From Tetramitus jugosus (Eukaryota > Protista > Heterolobosea): a stretch of DNA of 64,000 nt. Both the position numbers and the translations under genes were made by a program. Position 1 is the first letter of the stretch. Every line of letters starts with the position of its first letter. The DNA lies in NCBI GenBank assembly GCA_937625935.1, contig OW569382.1:124001-188000 (forward strand), in the 5' to 3' direction. The notes below the pieces were generated by a model. That model had not been told where the DNA came from. It searched no databases and worked only from the letters and a program-made list of their open reading frames with translations. Below, one piece after another: positions 1 through 10,044 of the stretch.

Positions 1-1675
1 TGGTAAGACTGCTGCCTTCTTGTTACCAACTCTTGAAAAGCTGCTGTACAGAAACAGAAACGAAAAGGCTGTACGTGCTCTCGTTTTGTTGCCTACTCGT
101 GAGTTGGCCTCTCAGTGCTTCAGTGTTGCTGCAAAGCTTGCTCGATTTACCGATATTACCATGTGTTTGGTTGTTGGAGGTGACGTCAACCAGAAACAAC
201 AAACAGATGCTCTCCGGAGGTGCCCAGATTTGGTGATTGCCACACCTGGACGTATTGTGGATCACTTGTTGAACACTGCCAACTTTGGATTGGAAGGCGT
301 TGAGATTCTAGTGTTGGATGAAGCTGATCGTTTGCTTGAACTCGGTTTCCAGCCTCAATTGGAAGAAGTGATTAACAATATTCCAAAGGCAAGACAAACT
401 ATGCTTTTCTCAGCTACCATGACTGACTCTGTTTCAGAGTTGATCAAACTCAGTTTGAAAAATCCTCGTCGTATCGCAATTGATAACAGAGCCGACGTTT
501 CTACAACACTGGAGCAAGAATTTGTGAGAATTAGAGGTAGAAATGAAATTTGGAGAGAAGGTGTGCTCATGTCTCTGGTCACACGTACCTTTACCGAACA
601 AGTCATCATCTTTGTGAACAGAAAGGACACTGCTCGCAGACTTGTCATCTTGTTCAAGGTCAAGAAATTGAAGGTGTCTGAACTTCACGGTAACTTGTCT
701 CAAGCACAACGGTTGTCCGAGTTGAAGAAGTTTACTGTCGGAAAGACAAATTATATGATTTGTACGGATGTTGCTGCTCGTGGTCTCGATATTAAGAACG
801 TGAAGACTGTGATCAATTATGAGATGCCTGCTGAGTTGAAGACATATATTCATCGTGTTGGTAGAACAGCCAGAGCTGGTCAATCAGGTACATCTGTCTC
901 ACTGACTGGTGAAGAAGATCGTATTGTACTGAAGCAAATTGTGAAGAGAGCAAAGAGCAATGGGGAATCGATCAAACACAGAGTCGTTCCTAATGAAACC
1001 ATCTTGTACTGGACTCAAAAGATTGAAGATATGGCCAAGCAGATCAAGGACATTGAAATGAGTAACGAAGCAGAGAGAGAATTGGAGAGAGCTGAAATGA
1101 AGGCAAGCAAGATGAAGAATCTAGTAGAGTTTGCTGGTGAGATTGCAACTAGACCAAAGAAGGAGTGGGTCATGAGCAAAGTTGCAGAAAAGAAGCTCGG
1201 CAAGAGAGAAAGAGAAGAGAAGGGTGTTGATGCCACTGGTAAGCGAATGAAGAAGGAAGTGGGAGATGTTTCCCAAGCACAGCCTGTCAAGAAGGAGAAG
1301 GATAGAAAGAATATGACTAGGCGAGAACTCAGAAAGGACACAGAGAAGAAACTTGAACAACAAGCTCTGCAACAACACGGCATCAAGAATCTGGATAAGT
1401 TCATGAAGGGTAACAAGGCTAAGGCTAGAACAACTGAGAGACTCACTCAAAAGGGTATCAAGGTGCCAGAAATTGTTGAAGCAAAGAAGCAACAAGAAGC
1501 AAAGAAGGCTGAAAGAAGAGATATGAAGAAGGAGGCTCGTCGTGCAAAGAGAGAAGCCAAGCACAAGGACAAGTCTGCTGAAAAGAGAGAGACAGAGAAG
1601 ATTGAAAAAGAGTTGTACAAGAGCACGAAGCCAAAGAAGAGCGCAAAGACAAAGCAAAGATACAAGAGAAGATAA
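1..1675 (+). CDS. DDX27: DEAD-box RNA helicase DDX27/Drs1 (5'-partial)
   Basis: GKTAAF (frame starting at base 2), PTRELA, TPGR, LDEADRLL, SAT, TDVAARGLD and YIHRVGRTARAG motifs; Drs1-like basic coiled-coil C-terminus with RPKKEW. Confidence 0.9.
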   Translation, partial: GKTAAFLLPTLEKLLYRNRNEKAVRALVLLPTRELASQCFSVAAKLARFTDITMCLVVGGDVNQKQQTDALRRCPDLVIATPGRIVDHLLNTANFGLEGVEILVLDEADRLLELGFQPQLEEVINNIPKARQTMLFSATMTDSVSELIKLSLKNPRRIAIDNRADVSTTLEQEFVRIRGRNEIWREGVLMSLVTRTFTEQVIIFVNRKDTARRLVILFKVKKLKVSELHGNLSQAQRLSELKKFTVGKTNYMICTDVAARGLDIKNVKTVINYEMPAELKTYIHRVGRTARAGQSGTSVSLTGEEDRIVLKQIVKRAKSNGESIKHRVVPNETILYWTQKIEDMAKQIKDIEMSNEAERELERAEMKASKMKNLVEFAGEIATRPKKEWVMSKVAEKKLGKREREEKGVDATGKRMKKEVGDVSQAQPVKKEKDRKNMTRRELRKDTEKKLEQQALQQHGIKNLDKFMKGNKAKARTTERLTQKGIKVPEIVEAKKQQEAKKAERRDMKKEARRAKREAKHKDKSAEKRETEKIEKELYKSTKPKKSAKTKQRYKRR

Positions 1676-1826
1676 ACCATCAGATTTTGTGCATTTCCAA
1701 ACTCATCGATCCCAAAATATCCTCTAAGTTTTCATTTCACAACAAAAATACAATCACGTGTTTTTGCGAACCAGAACAGAAGCAGAAGAAAAGACCTGAC
1801 AAGAGTTTTGATCCAGAAACATAACA

Positions 1827-2078
1827 ATGGTAGAACCAACCGAACAATCTGATAACAAGAGAAGCTACAAGTTTGCTGGATATCCCACAAGGGGATTAAC
1901 TGACAAGGAGTTTGAAGAAAACATGAAGAAGATGAAACATCGTTGTAAATTGCCCAACCTAACAGGAATCCAACAAATTCCTGCGAAGGAAGGTGTTTCC
2001 ATGATCTTTAATGACAGAGGTCGAAGTGCCAACCCTGTGACTCGAGAATCAATGAAAACTGATGATACTCCCCAATGA
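1827..2078 (+). CDS. small hypothetical protein (83 aa)
   Basis: ATG in A-rich context, coding-like composition, AATAAA just downstream. Confidence 0.55.
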   Translation: MVEPTEQSDNKRSYKFAGYPTRGLTDKEFEENMKKMKHRCKLPNLTGIQQIPAKEGVSMIFNDRGRSANPVTRESMKTDDTPQ

Positions 2079-2180
2079 CCATGGAATAAATTATCTGCTT
2101 AGTCATTTATTTGTTGTACATTCGTGAGTTTAGTATCGAGCTATTGTCTGATTGGTATGTTTCCTCTATTGTATGATGCA

Positions 2181-2390
2181 TCAGGATTGTTTTTGTATTG
2201 ACACCAAAGGATCTGGTAATCGCATGGCGTCTTTGGGAACAATCTTGTCTTTGAACTCCTCATCTGCAACTTCAAAATACTGAAAATTTTCTTGCTCACA
2301 ATATTCTTCAATATCTCCACTTGAATTGTTCCTCGATCGAAAAGAGATATTCCTTTGCCGTGCGGACAGTAAAGTACGATGGATCAACAT
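2181..2390 (-). CDS. small hypothetical protein, possible mitochondrial presequence (MLIHRTLLSARQRNISFRSR)
   Basis: Open frame from ATG 2390; Arg/Ser-rich acid-free N-terminus followed by an acidic region. Confidence 0.35.
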   Translation of the reverse strand: MLIHRTLLSARQRNISFRSRNNSSGDIEEYCEQENFQYFEVADEEFKDKIVPKDAMRLPDPLVSIQKQS

Positions 2391-2480
2391 TATCCAGAGG
2401 TTGTATTTTCGTCGGCAGATTGAAAACACCGACCCGACAAAAATTTTGTTGAGTCTTCAATCAAGAAAAAACAAGTTTGC

Positions 2481-3146
2481 ATGATGAATCCCATTGTTCA
2501 ACAGAGTTTGTCTCTGTACAGACGCATTCTGCGAAATGCCAACAAAATTGTTCAGATCAATAGTGGAGCATCTGACTTCTCATCCACGGATGAACTCAAT
2601 CGAAGTCGCAAAGTCATTGAACTCATTCCCGATGTTGAAATGTGCGAATACATAACGGACACGGCGCGGAAACATTTTCGCCTCACACAGCGCCAATTTT
2701 TACAAGGAAAGCTTACGGATAGCGATGAGATTTTGAAGCGATTGAACACTGCCAAATGGGCCAACGTTGGCATTGAATGTGCACTCAGAGACATGACACG
2801 TCCGACGCACAAACGAAAGAACATTAAGCAGTCACCCACGATCAACATTCTGCAGGTTGCAATCGAAGGATATGGCAACAATCAAGTTCATGATGAATTG
2901 TTGGATGCGCTTGTGGTGGCAGCCAAATTTGATCAACTTCATCGAAACAAACCACAAGGTAAACAAGCTCCTGTCGTAGTGCCTCCACCTACCACTTCCT
3001 CTTTGAAAGCTAACAGTGAAAAGCTTTCTAGTCGCCGCAGTAGTGGCGCTTCTGCCGGCAAACTCGCGCTCAAAAAATCAAAGATTTCGAGCTCAACCAA
3101 GAGGAAAAAGCTTAGTTCACCTTCGTTAGTGAAGAAGAGTGATTGA
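2481..3146 (+). CDS. LYR-motif (Complex1_LYR-like) protein
   Basis: SLSLYRRILRNA...YITDTARKHFR pattern. Confidence 0.65.
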   Translation: MMNPIVQQSLSLYRRILRNANKIVQINSGASDFSSTDELNRSRKVIELIPDVEMCEYITDTARKHFRLTQRQFLQGKLTDSDEILKRLNTAKWANVGIECALRDMTRPTHKRKNIKQSPTINILQVAIEGYGNNQVHDELLDALVVAAKFDQLHRNKPQGKQAPVVVPPPTTSSLKANSEKLSSRRSSGASAGKLALKKSKISSSTKRKKLSSPSLVKKSD

Positions 3147-3762
3147 GCGAGCATTGTTGCTGCTGTTGTTGTTGTGTCTGCCTCGATCATCAACTCTACC
3201 TGTGGTTGTCGTGGCTCCTCTTTGATCAATCTTCAGAGGCTGATCAAACATCAATTCCACTGTGGTTACATTGAAAACGCCTCTCTTGCTCTGGTGCAAC
3301 TGCAAGATCTGGCTGCACAGTAAAATCACTTTTGCACTATTCTTTGCTCGTTCATTTCTGTTTCTTCTCCTGTCCGTTTGGATGACATCTGTGAGATAGT
3401 TAGATGAATGGGTCAGCATAAATCACAAAGTTCAATTTAGTCGGCAACGTGTTACGTGAGGATGATCACATACACAAGTTATGATTCTTGGCAAGTGAGA
3501 GTTCTCTGTGTGGAACAGGTTCCAATTCTAAGCTTGCACTATTGTCTGCTGCATTGTCATGATTCATGACCAATGATGTTTCACTGATCTGTAAGGCTTG
3601 TTGCACGCAAAGCTCATGATTCAACCGTTGAATGGTTCTGATCCTTTGTAGCTGCCGTTGAACAAACTTGTTGAACGACAATGCATCAATCAAAATGCGC
3701 AAAGACAGAGTGGAAAGAGGAACATAGAGCCCAATGGCAAACAAACCATCCACCAACGACAT
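3126..3762 (-). CDS. two-exon hypothetical protein (intron 3389-3473)
   Basis: GTATGT donor at 3473 and CAG acceptor at 3389 join two ORF-track frames in frame. Confidence 0.5.
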
Positions 3763-3812
3763 GTTCAATTGTTTTGAATTCCAGGTTTTTTGCTGTTGGC
3801 ACAAAAAGCCAA

Positions 3813-3933
3813 AAGCCTACATTACTGAGGGTTCTCGAGTAGTCTCCTATCTCAATACTAACTCAGCCAGATGGTGCTTAACTTCTCTATTCGAAATGGG
3901 AAGAGGTGGTTCCACCATTGTATGAACGTAGAC
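3813..3933 (-). rRNA. 5S rRNA, copy 1
   Basis: Minus strand reads GTCTACGTTCATAC...GAAGTTAAGC (box A)...GTTAGTA...GGAGAC...GTAGGC-TTTT; 119-nt core, terminal helix GTCTAC/GTAGGC, oligo-T Pol III terminator. Confidence 0.95.
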
Positions 3934-3982
3934 ATTAGATTCAATTCGTAATTGTTTTTGGCGCCGAAGGCGGACGAAGTGG
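3934..3982 (-). promoter_or_regulatory. conserved 5S upstream flank / apparent retroelement target block
   Basis: Colinear with 25017-25051 plus 25566-25588 upstream of the second 5S copy; contains GGCGCCGAAGGCGGACGAAGTGG. Confidence 0.6.
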
Positions 3983-4115
3983 TGTCAAATTGAAACTGAA
4001 ACTGTCCTGTTCAATACATGGAAGAAAGATCAGATGGAGCCTTAATTTGGATGTCCATCATTCTTGTTCTTCGAATTGATGAAAAACCAGATTTCTCTCA
4101 CCATCAGAAAATAGT
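3980..4115 (+). mobile_element. possible eroded non-LTR retrotransposon remnant upstream of 5S copy 1
   Basis: Translates WCQIETETVL (cf. WCNKEPERVL at 25682-25711) and, in the same frame past a stop, ELMKN (identical to ELMKN in the 25052-25565 element). Confidence 0.35.
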
Positions 4116-4218
4116 TAGTCATTTCTCCTTGCGGAGAATTGATGACTTGATGAACGGATGATTGACGAACGGGACACTTGACCTACGAACTGCACAGACC
4201 ACGACTTGAACAGTCGCT

Positions 4219-4225
4219 TATAAAA
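4219..4225 (+). promoter_or_regulatory. TATA box of the cofilin gene
   Basis: TATAAAA about 100 bp upstream of ATG 4321. Confidence 0.5.
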
Positions 4226-4320
4226 GGCCAGATAATATGTGCCAGAGCTTAGTACAAACCAACAACTCACACAAAGACGAGAACACCACAAGTAACTAAC
4301 TAGCCCTATAACTTCTCAAG

Positions 4321-4752
4321 ATGACTCAAACTGGAATTCCAACCCATGACACTGCTATTACCACATTCAGAGACTGCTTCCTCAAGGGTGAACATAAATA
4401 TGTTACATTCCTTATTAAGGATGGCTCTATTCAAGTGGAGCGAACTGGTTCTTCTCTAGAGGAGTTGGTCCAAGGTTTACCAAGCAATGAATGTAGATAT
4501 GCCGTCTATAGAGCCAACTACACTGTCCCTTCTGAAATTCAAGGAATAGCTGACAGTCAAAGAAGCAAGAGTGTAATGATACTGTGGGCTCCTTCGACTG
4601 CCAACGTTAGAAACAAATTTGTCTACTCTGCTACTCGAATTCCATTTGGAAATCGCCTCGGCTTCTCTGGGCTAAGTGTCCAAACCAGCGATGTCAACCA
4701 GCTCTCTGAAGAAGAGATCTTGGGCAAATGCAAGGCATTTTTCAAGCATTGA
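4321..4752 (+). CDS. ADF/cofilin family actin-depolymerising factor
   Basis: LPSNECRYAVY, KSVMILWAPSTANVRNKFVYSAT, 143 aa. Confidence 0.9.
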   Translation: MTQTGIPTHDTAITTFRDCFLKGEHKYVTFLIKDGSIQVERTGSSLEELVQGLPSNECRYAVYRANYTVPSEIQGIADSQRSKSVMILWAPSTANVRNKFVYSATRIPFGNRLGFSGLSVQTSDVNQLSEEEILGKCKAFFKH

Positions 4753-5269
4753 TCTCACTCAGGTGAAGTGGACTCCTTCCTCAATCATGTACATATCATT
4801 TCGATCAAATCCATGGTAAAACCTCCGTGGATGTCCAATGGCATCAATGTTGCTTTGAACAAAGTAAAGACCATTTCAACTCATTTCTTTATCTCTTCTT
4901 TCACATGATTATGAACAAATTTGCAATTTATTATGACAATATTTATTCTGCTTTTTCAATGGTAGCAACAACATACTACTCCTCCATTTTTGTTGGCCAC
5001 AACATTCATCAATGTGTTGAGGAGAAAACATTACATCATTCCAGCCCTTCTGAACTGTCATGATAATCAACTTCGTCAAAAGGAGTTTGATAAACACCTC
5101 CTTAATGTTCGAAATTGTGACAGACAGAACATTCATTACGGTCTTGATTCACATTAGAGAAACTTCGATCGAGAAGACTACACAGAAACACACTGAAGTC
5201 AGAACTGAATAAATTAAATTGTATTTCTTTGAAATTGCCAAGTTGAAATTTGTTTCAATCAAAACTGTG

Positions 5270-7168
5270 TTACGGATACTCGCTGAATCGTTTCGTTTTC
5301 TCTCGGAGGGACATACAATTAAGTGATTCTATGCTACTTCGTATGTTCTCTCTTGATTCATCATCGCCCTTTGCTCTTTTGTGCCTCTTGTATCTAGTCA
5401 AAATGACAGCCTTTCGTTTCCTGGTCAAAGAGAAATCGGGATCGTCACTATTGGTTCGTTTGTTGTTTACCTTTGCAATCATCTGGTCCACTTGGATCGC
5501 TTCTTCTGGACATAATCGATGCAAAATATCAGTACATATAGAGCGTGGATACTTGTTAGAGCTGATTGTCCTAAGCATGATATCATAGGCATATTTTCCG
5601 GACTCATTCTTGAGATAGGTTTTGATTCCGGGCATGTCGAGCAATAGCTCAATGATATTCGGTAGACATCGAATTGAACGGCAAGCAATGTGGAGAATCG
5701 TCTCTTTGTTATTATTCATCTGATTGACATCACTCACTCCATATCGACGAATCATGGTTCTTGCTAGTTCTAAACGATCCTCTGCCAGTGCTACATGTAG
5801 GTAAGTATTACCGTTGTAATCGAGATATGATTGAACATTTTGACACCCGATTTTGTCCAAAGCCAGCAAGGGAAGGTATTCATCACTTGCGCCAAGAATA
5901 GTGAATAGTTGATCCATGAATTTTTTGTTACTTGTAAGATCATCTGATTCCTCCAATACTTTATGAAGAACGCAAGGTCCAATGGTACACTTGAGATAGT
6001 GCTGGGGAATGATCTCTTGTCCCTTCAATGAGCAACTATGGTCGCAGAAGAGTTGGTACAATAACGGAGCATTCTCTACATAAGCAAGCAAATTGGGAAC
6101 CCACTTGAAGTCAAATCCATAATCGGGCATCTGTTGAATCACAGGATATGCATAATCTCCAACAAACTTCAATACACTAGGGGACAACACATGCATAAAA
6201 TCAAACTTTGTAAACTTAGGAAGGAAGAAAGCAATAAACTCTTCACTTTTACATGTCTCTCCTCCCAAAAGTCGATTCCAGTCCTTCACTCGAAACCATG
6301 AGAAAAACTCAGTGTGGTACTTGTTAAACAGTTCACTTAGGTATCTCTTTCTTCTGACCCAAGGACCAACGTGTAACACCAGGTACAAGTAGCTTCTGCT
6401 ATCGTCACATTTCACATAGGTCCTTGGCGACAAACCACATTGACTTAAGTTATCAAATGCCAGTGATATATTGGGTTGGTGAAAACACGGATAAATGTTC
6501 AACGCTAGATCCTCGTTCGTTGTTAATGGAAGCGAGCGGATTAAATTATACTCGCCAACACCACCTAGTATGAGGGCTCGCGCATCTTGAAACTCACCCA
6601 GTTCCGCCTTGTCTAAAATGTCATGCTTCCTTTTCATTAGGTCAAAGATTTCATCCCGAAGTTGGTTTACACTTTGTTCATCCAAACTTGCATTGTAGAC
6701 ATTCAACTGTTTCAGATTCGGAGCAAATCGAAGAGTTTCAGCAATCATCTTTCGGAGTTCCTTTCTCTCATCTGTCCGTCTTTCTTTGCCCACCTGATGC
6801 CAGTCAACGGACAAAAACACATTAATAACCTCGACATTGGTTTGAAGAAGATCAAGGGCCTTCAATCCTTCCCAGAACAAAGTATCAACAACAGGGATCC
6901 TGGCAAGGGAACGCTTTGTCTTGTAGAAAATGTTTTCTGAGCATGTCAACTCCTTCAAGTTTGGAAATTTTGCAAAAACTTTTTGCATCTCCCTTAAGAA
7001 AGGAAGCTCAGTAGACAACACAAGAGTGCGAATCTTACTTCTGTTGCACTTTTTAATCATCCTGGTCATCAGTGAATTTGCCACTGTTGGAGAGCACGGT
7101 GACATATTGAGGCAAGTGACCTCAGATAGTGCACGACGAGAGAAGTGATGGGCAAAGTACTTGCTCAA
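5270..7168 (-). CDS. LRR-like N-terminus plus ankyrin-repeat protein (true start uncertain)
   Basis: NGNTYLHVAL and NNNKETILHIAC ankyrin repeats; FPNLKEL and APNLKQLNV LRR-like motifs. Confidence 0.7.
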   Translation of the reverse strand: MSKYFAHHFSRRALSEVTCLNMSPCSPTVANSLMTRMIKKCNRSKIRTLVLSTELPFLREMQKVFAKFPNLKELTCSENIFYKTKRSLARIPVVDTLFWEGLKALDLLQTNVEVINVFLSVDWHQVGKERRTDERKELRKMIAETLRFAPNLKQLNVYNASLDEQSVNQLRDEIFDLMKRKHDILDKAELGEFQDARALILGGVGEYNLIRSLPLTTNEDLALNIYPCFHQPNISLAFDNLSQCGLSPRTYVKCDDSRSYLYLVLHVGPWVRRKRYLSELFNKYHTEFFSWFRVKDWNRLLGGETCKSEEFIAFFLPKFTKFDFMHVLSPSVLKFVGDYAYPVIQQMPDYGFDFKWVPNLLAYVENAPLLYQLFCDHSCSLKGQEIIPQHYLKCTIGPCVLHKVLEESDDLTSNKKFMDQLFTILGASDEYLPLLALDKIGCQNVQSYLDYNGNTYLHVALAEDRLELARTMIRRYGVSDVNQMNNNKETILHIACRSIRCLPNIIELLLDMPGIKTYLKNESGKYAYDIMLRTISSNKYPRSICTDILHRLCPEEAIQVDQMIAKVNNKRTNSDDPDFSLTRKRKAVILTRYKRHKRAKGDDESRENIRSSIESLNCMSLREKTKRFSEYP

Positions 7169-7406
7169 TGAACGGAGAGAAAAGTAGCTGTATTGACGTC
7201 AATGGTGTGTCAGCGTCAGCTGATACCGATGATGAAAGAAAATCATGACATACTAGGGCCACGTTGGTAAATAGGCAAAAATGAGATATTGAACTTCTTG
7301 TGGAATTACATGAAAATCGGCCATATTCACCTGTTTGAATGTTGTTTTGTTTCGCTTATCTTCGAGAAAATGGTCGATTTTTTTGGTGCCACCAAAAAAC
7401 ATTTTA

Positions 7407-7760
7407 TTAGATCCGGTTTACGGCGGCCATCACCCTGAGGACCACCGCAATGATGATGAATATTATGCACAGTATAAATGGAAGGAAGAATAGAGCTGTC
7501 AATAGGCCAGCAATCTTTGCATAAAATCTTGCCTTACTCGATGGACTGTTCCTGTACAAAAGATAGATGATAATCCACAGAACGAGATGTCCAAAGAAGA
7601 AACTTAGAATCAGCAGGAGTAGGGATGTGGTCTCATCCGATTGGGCTTGCAGTGGGTCACCATTGTTGGGAGTTGTTAAACTTGCAGATGGAGCATATTG
7701 TGGTAAATCGTAGTTTTGTTGTTGGTATGAGGATTGTTGTTGGGTCTTTGGGGTGGCCAT
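7407..7760 (-). CDS. small membrane protein (2-3 TM) with Q/P/Y-rich N-terminus
   Basis: Hydrophobic helices, ATG start. Confidence 0.65.
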   Translation of the reverse strand: MATPKTQQQSSYQQQNYDLPQYAPSASLTTPNNGDPLQAQSDETTSLLLLILSFFFGHLVLWIIIYLLYRNSPSSKARFYAKIAGLLTALFFLPFILCIIFIIIAVVLRVMAAVNRI

Positions 7761-8342
7761 TGTGACTATGTTCTTTGTTTAGTTGTCGAATGGCGAAAAA
7801 GTTGACACGAATTTTCACACAGACCGTATCCAATTCGAATTGGGAATGGCACCAAGTTTGGGAATTGACGAACATTGAGTCTCCTGCAGAAAAAACAATT
7901 GGCTCAACAATTCTCCTCCCTCCACTTTTATGTCACAAAAATACCCCTCATTCCAATTTTTTCGTTGAAGTTTCATCCACAGCTTTTTCACACAAACCAC
8001 AAATTGAAAGTCAGGAATATGAGCGCCCATCTCAACTATATTGCTCCCAAATTTTGTTGTCTTCTCCATCCAGAAATTCCTCACAAATCCAAATGGATGC
8101 CCTATCATCGTTATTTTTCACAGTATGACGCCATTCTCACAAACAAAAATGTTCAATTATGGTTGGATCTGCTGGAACAGAAGCCTGAAATCATATGCCC
8201 TCCACAAAAGCTCAAGATTGGTTCACGCATCTGTGATGCTTGCTGTGAGCGCCTGCATTCTCACACGAACGATTCGCGCCAAAATTTATCTCCGAAAAAT
8301 CAAAAATTGCAACAACAACAAAAAGTGATCATCACAACAACC

Positions 8343-9953
8343 ATGAATGAAACATCACAACAACAACAAAAACAACAAAAAACAAGAGTAAACAAAAAAG
8401 GTTTACTCAACCGACCTGGCACAACAACCATCACAACAGAAGCTTTCTCATCATCGTCAAATGATGATCAAACCAAAAAAAGAGAAACAATTTCTGTCAA
8501 CAACAAAAACGATGCTCGGCTCATGAGAGCCCAACGATTCGCAACAGTCAACAAGGAAACTGACGACTTCATAAAACGAGAGATGCAATCAACACTCATC
8601 AAATCTAGCAATAGCAACAACAAGATCATGAACAAAAATGCGAGTGATGAAAATAATGACGAAAATGAATTGTTGTTCAAAAATGCAATTGTTGTGGGAA
8701 CATGCATGGACATGTGTCCACTCTATCAAGTAAAACTACGAGAAAAACAGAGAGATTTAAGTGTGTTTGAATTGCGTGATATGAAACTGCCAAAAGCAGA
8801 CAAGAATGAACCATGGATTGCTGATGAATCATTATGTGTCAAAAAGTATGAGAGATCAGCTGCAGAGAAGGCTACTCCACCACCGCATCACATTCGACCT
8901 GTTTCAGTCTTGCATCGTACCATGAATTACTTGATTGATGAAATTGTAGAACGTGTGATTTTTGAAACGAACGACAATAATAGTAAATCGAAATCGATAC
9001 ACCATCGATCGTTTATGGAAGTGTACGAGTTTTTGAGAGATCGATGCAGAAGCATTTGTCAGGATTTAACATATCAAAACATTCGAAACATGGATTCGAT
9101 TGACTTGCATGAAAAAATTGTTCGATTTCATATCATTTGTCAGCACAGATTATCGCTCGAAAAGCGAGATATGGATATGCAACCAAACATGAGTCTCATG
9201 AACAATTACTTGAAGAATTTGGTGGAAATGTATGCAGAGAATGGAGCGCGTGGAGTAAAGTGTGAAAATGAACCTGAATTTATGTGTTATTATATTTTGA
9301 CGAGGCTATCCGTTGCATATGGACAATCAGAGATTGTGCGGTTATTGAGGCGATTGCCTACTTATGTGTGTCGGTCATCTCCCGTACAATTTGCACTCGC
9401 TATCAGCAATCTCTATCAAACGAATAATTGGGTAGAGTTCTTTAAGCGAGTAAAGGGTGCTACCTATTTACAATCGTGTGTATTGTTTCATCTGTTCACG
9501 AATATGCGAGAGAATGCACTGCGGATCATGAATTCAACGTTGAACATTAAGAATAATCCAAGAAAGGAGTTATTTCCGATCGAGGACTTGACGGATATGT
9601 TATGCTTTGACGATGATGCAGAGACAGAGGCATTTTGCCGCAGTTATGACATTCACGTATCTCTCGACGGTGTGATCTTTAACGAATCATCATTCTCTTA
9701 CCCAAATACACATCCGCGACCTCAATTCTCAAACAGAGTCATTGAAAGCAAGCGCAATGGAATGACCTATGCTGATATCATCCGAGGAAAAAGCAAACGT
9801 GATACAAAGGTTATTGTTCAGACGTCAGAGACAAAACAGAAACAAACCGTGTCCAGTGAACTAACGTTGAAGCAGAATGATAAACAAACTAATGACGCCA
9901 ACATTCAAAAAAAGAAGAAGAAAAAGAGGAGAAAGAGTAATGATGCACCTTAA
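8343..9953 (+). CDS. SAC3: SAC3/GANP family PCI-domain protein
   Basis: IVVGTCMDMCP, VKKYERSAA, IRPVSVLHRTMNYL, FLRDRCRSICQDLTYQ, NEPEFMCYYIL; frame is also open upstream. Confidence 0.88.
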   Translation: MNETSQQQQKQQKTRVNKKGLLNRPGTTTITTEAFSSSSNDDQTKKRETISVNNKNDARLMRAQRFATVNKETDDFIKREMQSTLIKSSNSNNKIMNKNASDENNDENELLFKNAIVVGTCMDMCPLYQVKLREKQRDLSVFELRDMKLPKADKNEPWIADESLCVKKYERSAAEKATPPPHHIRPVSVLHRTMNYLIDEIVERVIFETNDNNSKSKSIHHRSFMEVYEFLRDRCRSICQDLTYQNIRNMDSIDLHEKIVRFHIICQHRLSLEKRDMDMQPNMSLMNNYLKNLVEMYAENGARGVKCENEPEFMCYYILTRLSVAYGQSEIVRLLRRLPTYVCRSSPVQFALAISNLYQTNNWVEFFKRVKGATYLQSCVLFHLFTNMRENALRIMNSTLNIKNNPRKELFPIEDLTDMLCFDDDAETEAFCRSYDIHVSLDGVIFNESSFSYPNTHPRPQFSNRVIESKRNGMTYADIIRGKSKRDTKVIVQTSETKQKQTVSSELTLKQNDKQTNDANIQKKKKKKRRKSNDAP

Positions 9954-10044
9954 AGAGGATAGACATGATGTTGATTATATAATGGTCTTTATTTGGTAAA
10001 CGAAATTGTGTTTGTTTCACTATCATCGGTGTGAACTATTGCAA

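Noticed and set aside
3734-3925. ORFs 3734-3925 and 24787-25008 sharing the peptide KAYITEGSRVVSYLN...
   Set aside because: Antisense translation of the 5S rRNA gene, not a protein
4760-5200. Short ORFs between cofilin and the ankyrin gene
   Set aside because: No recognisable motifs; possibly a decayed gene but unsupported
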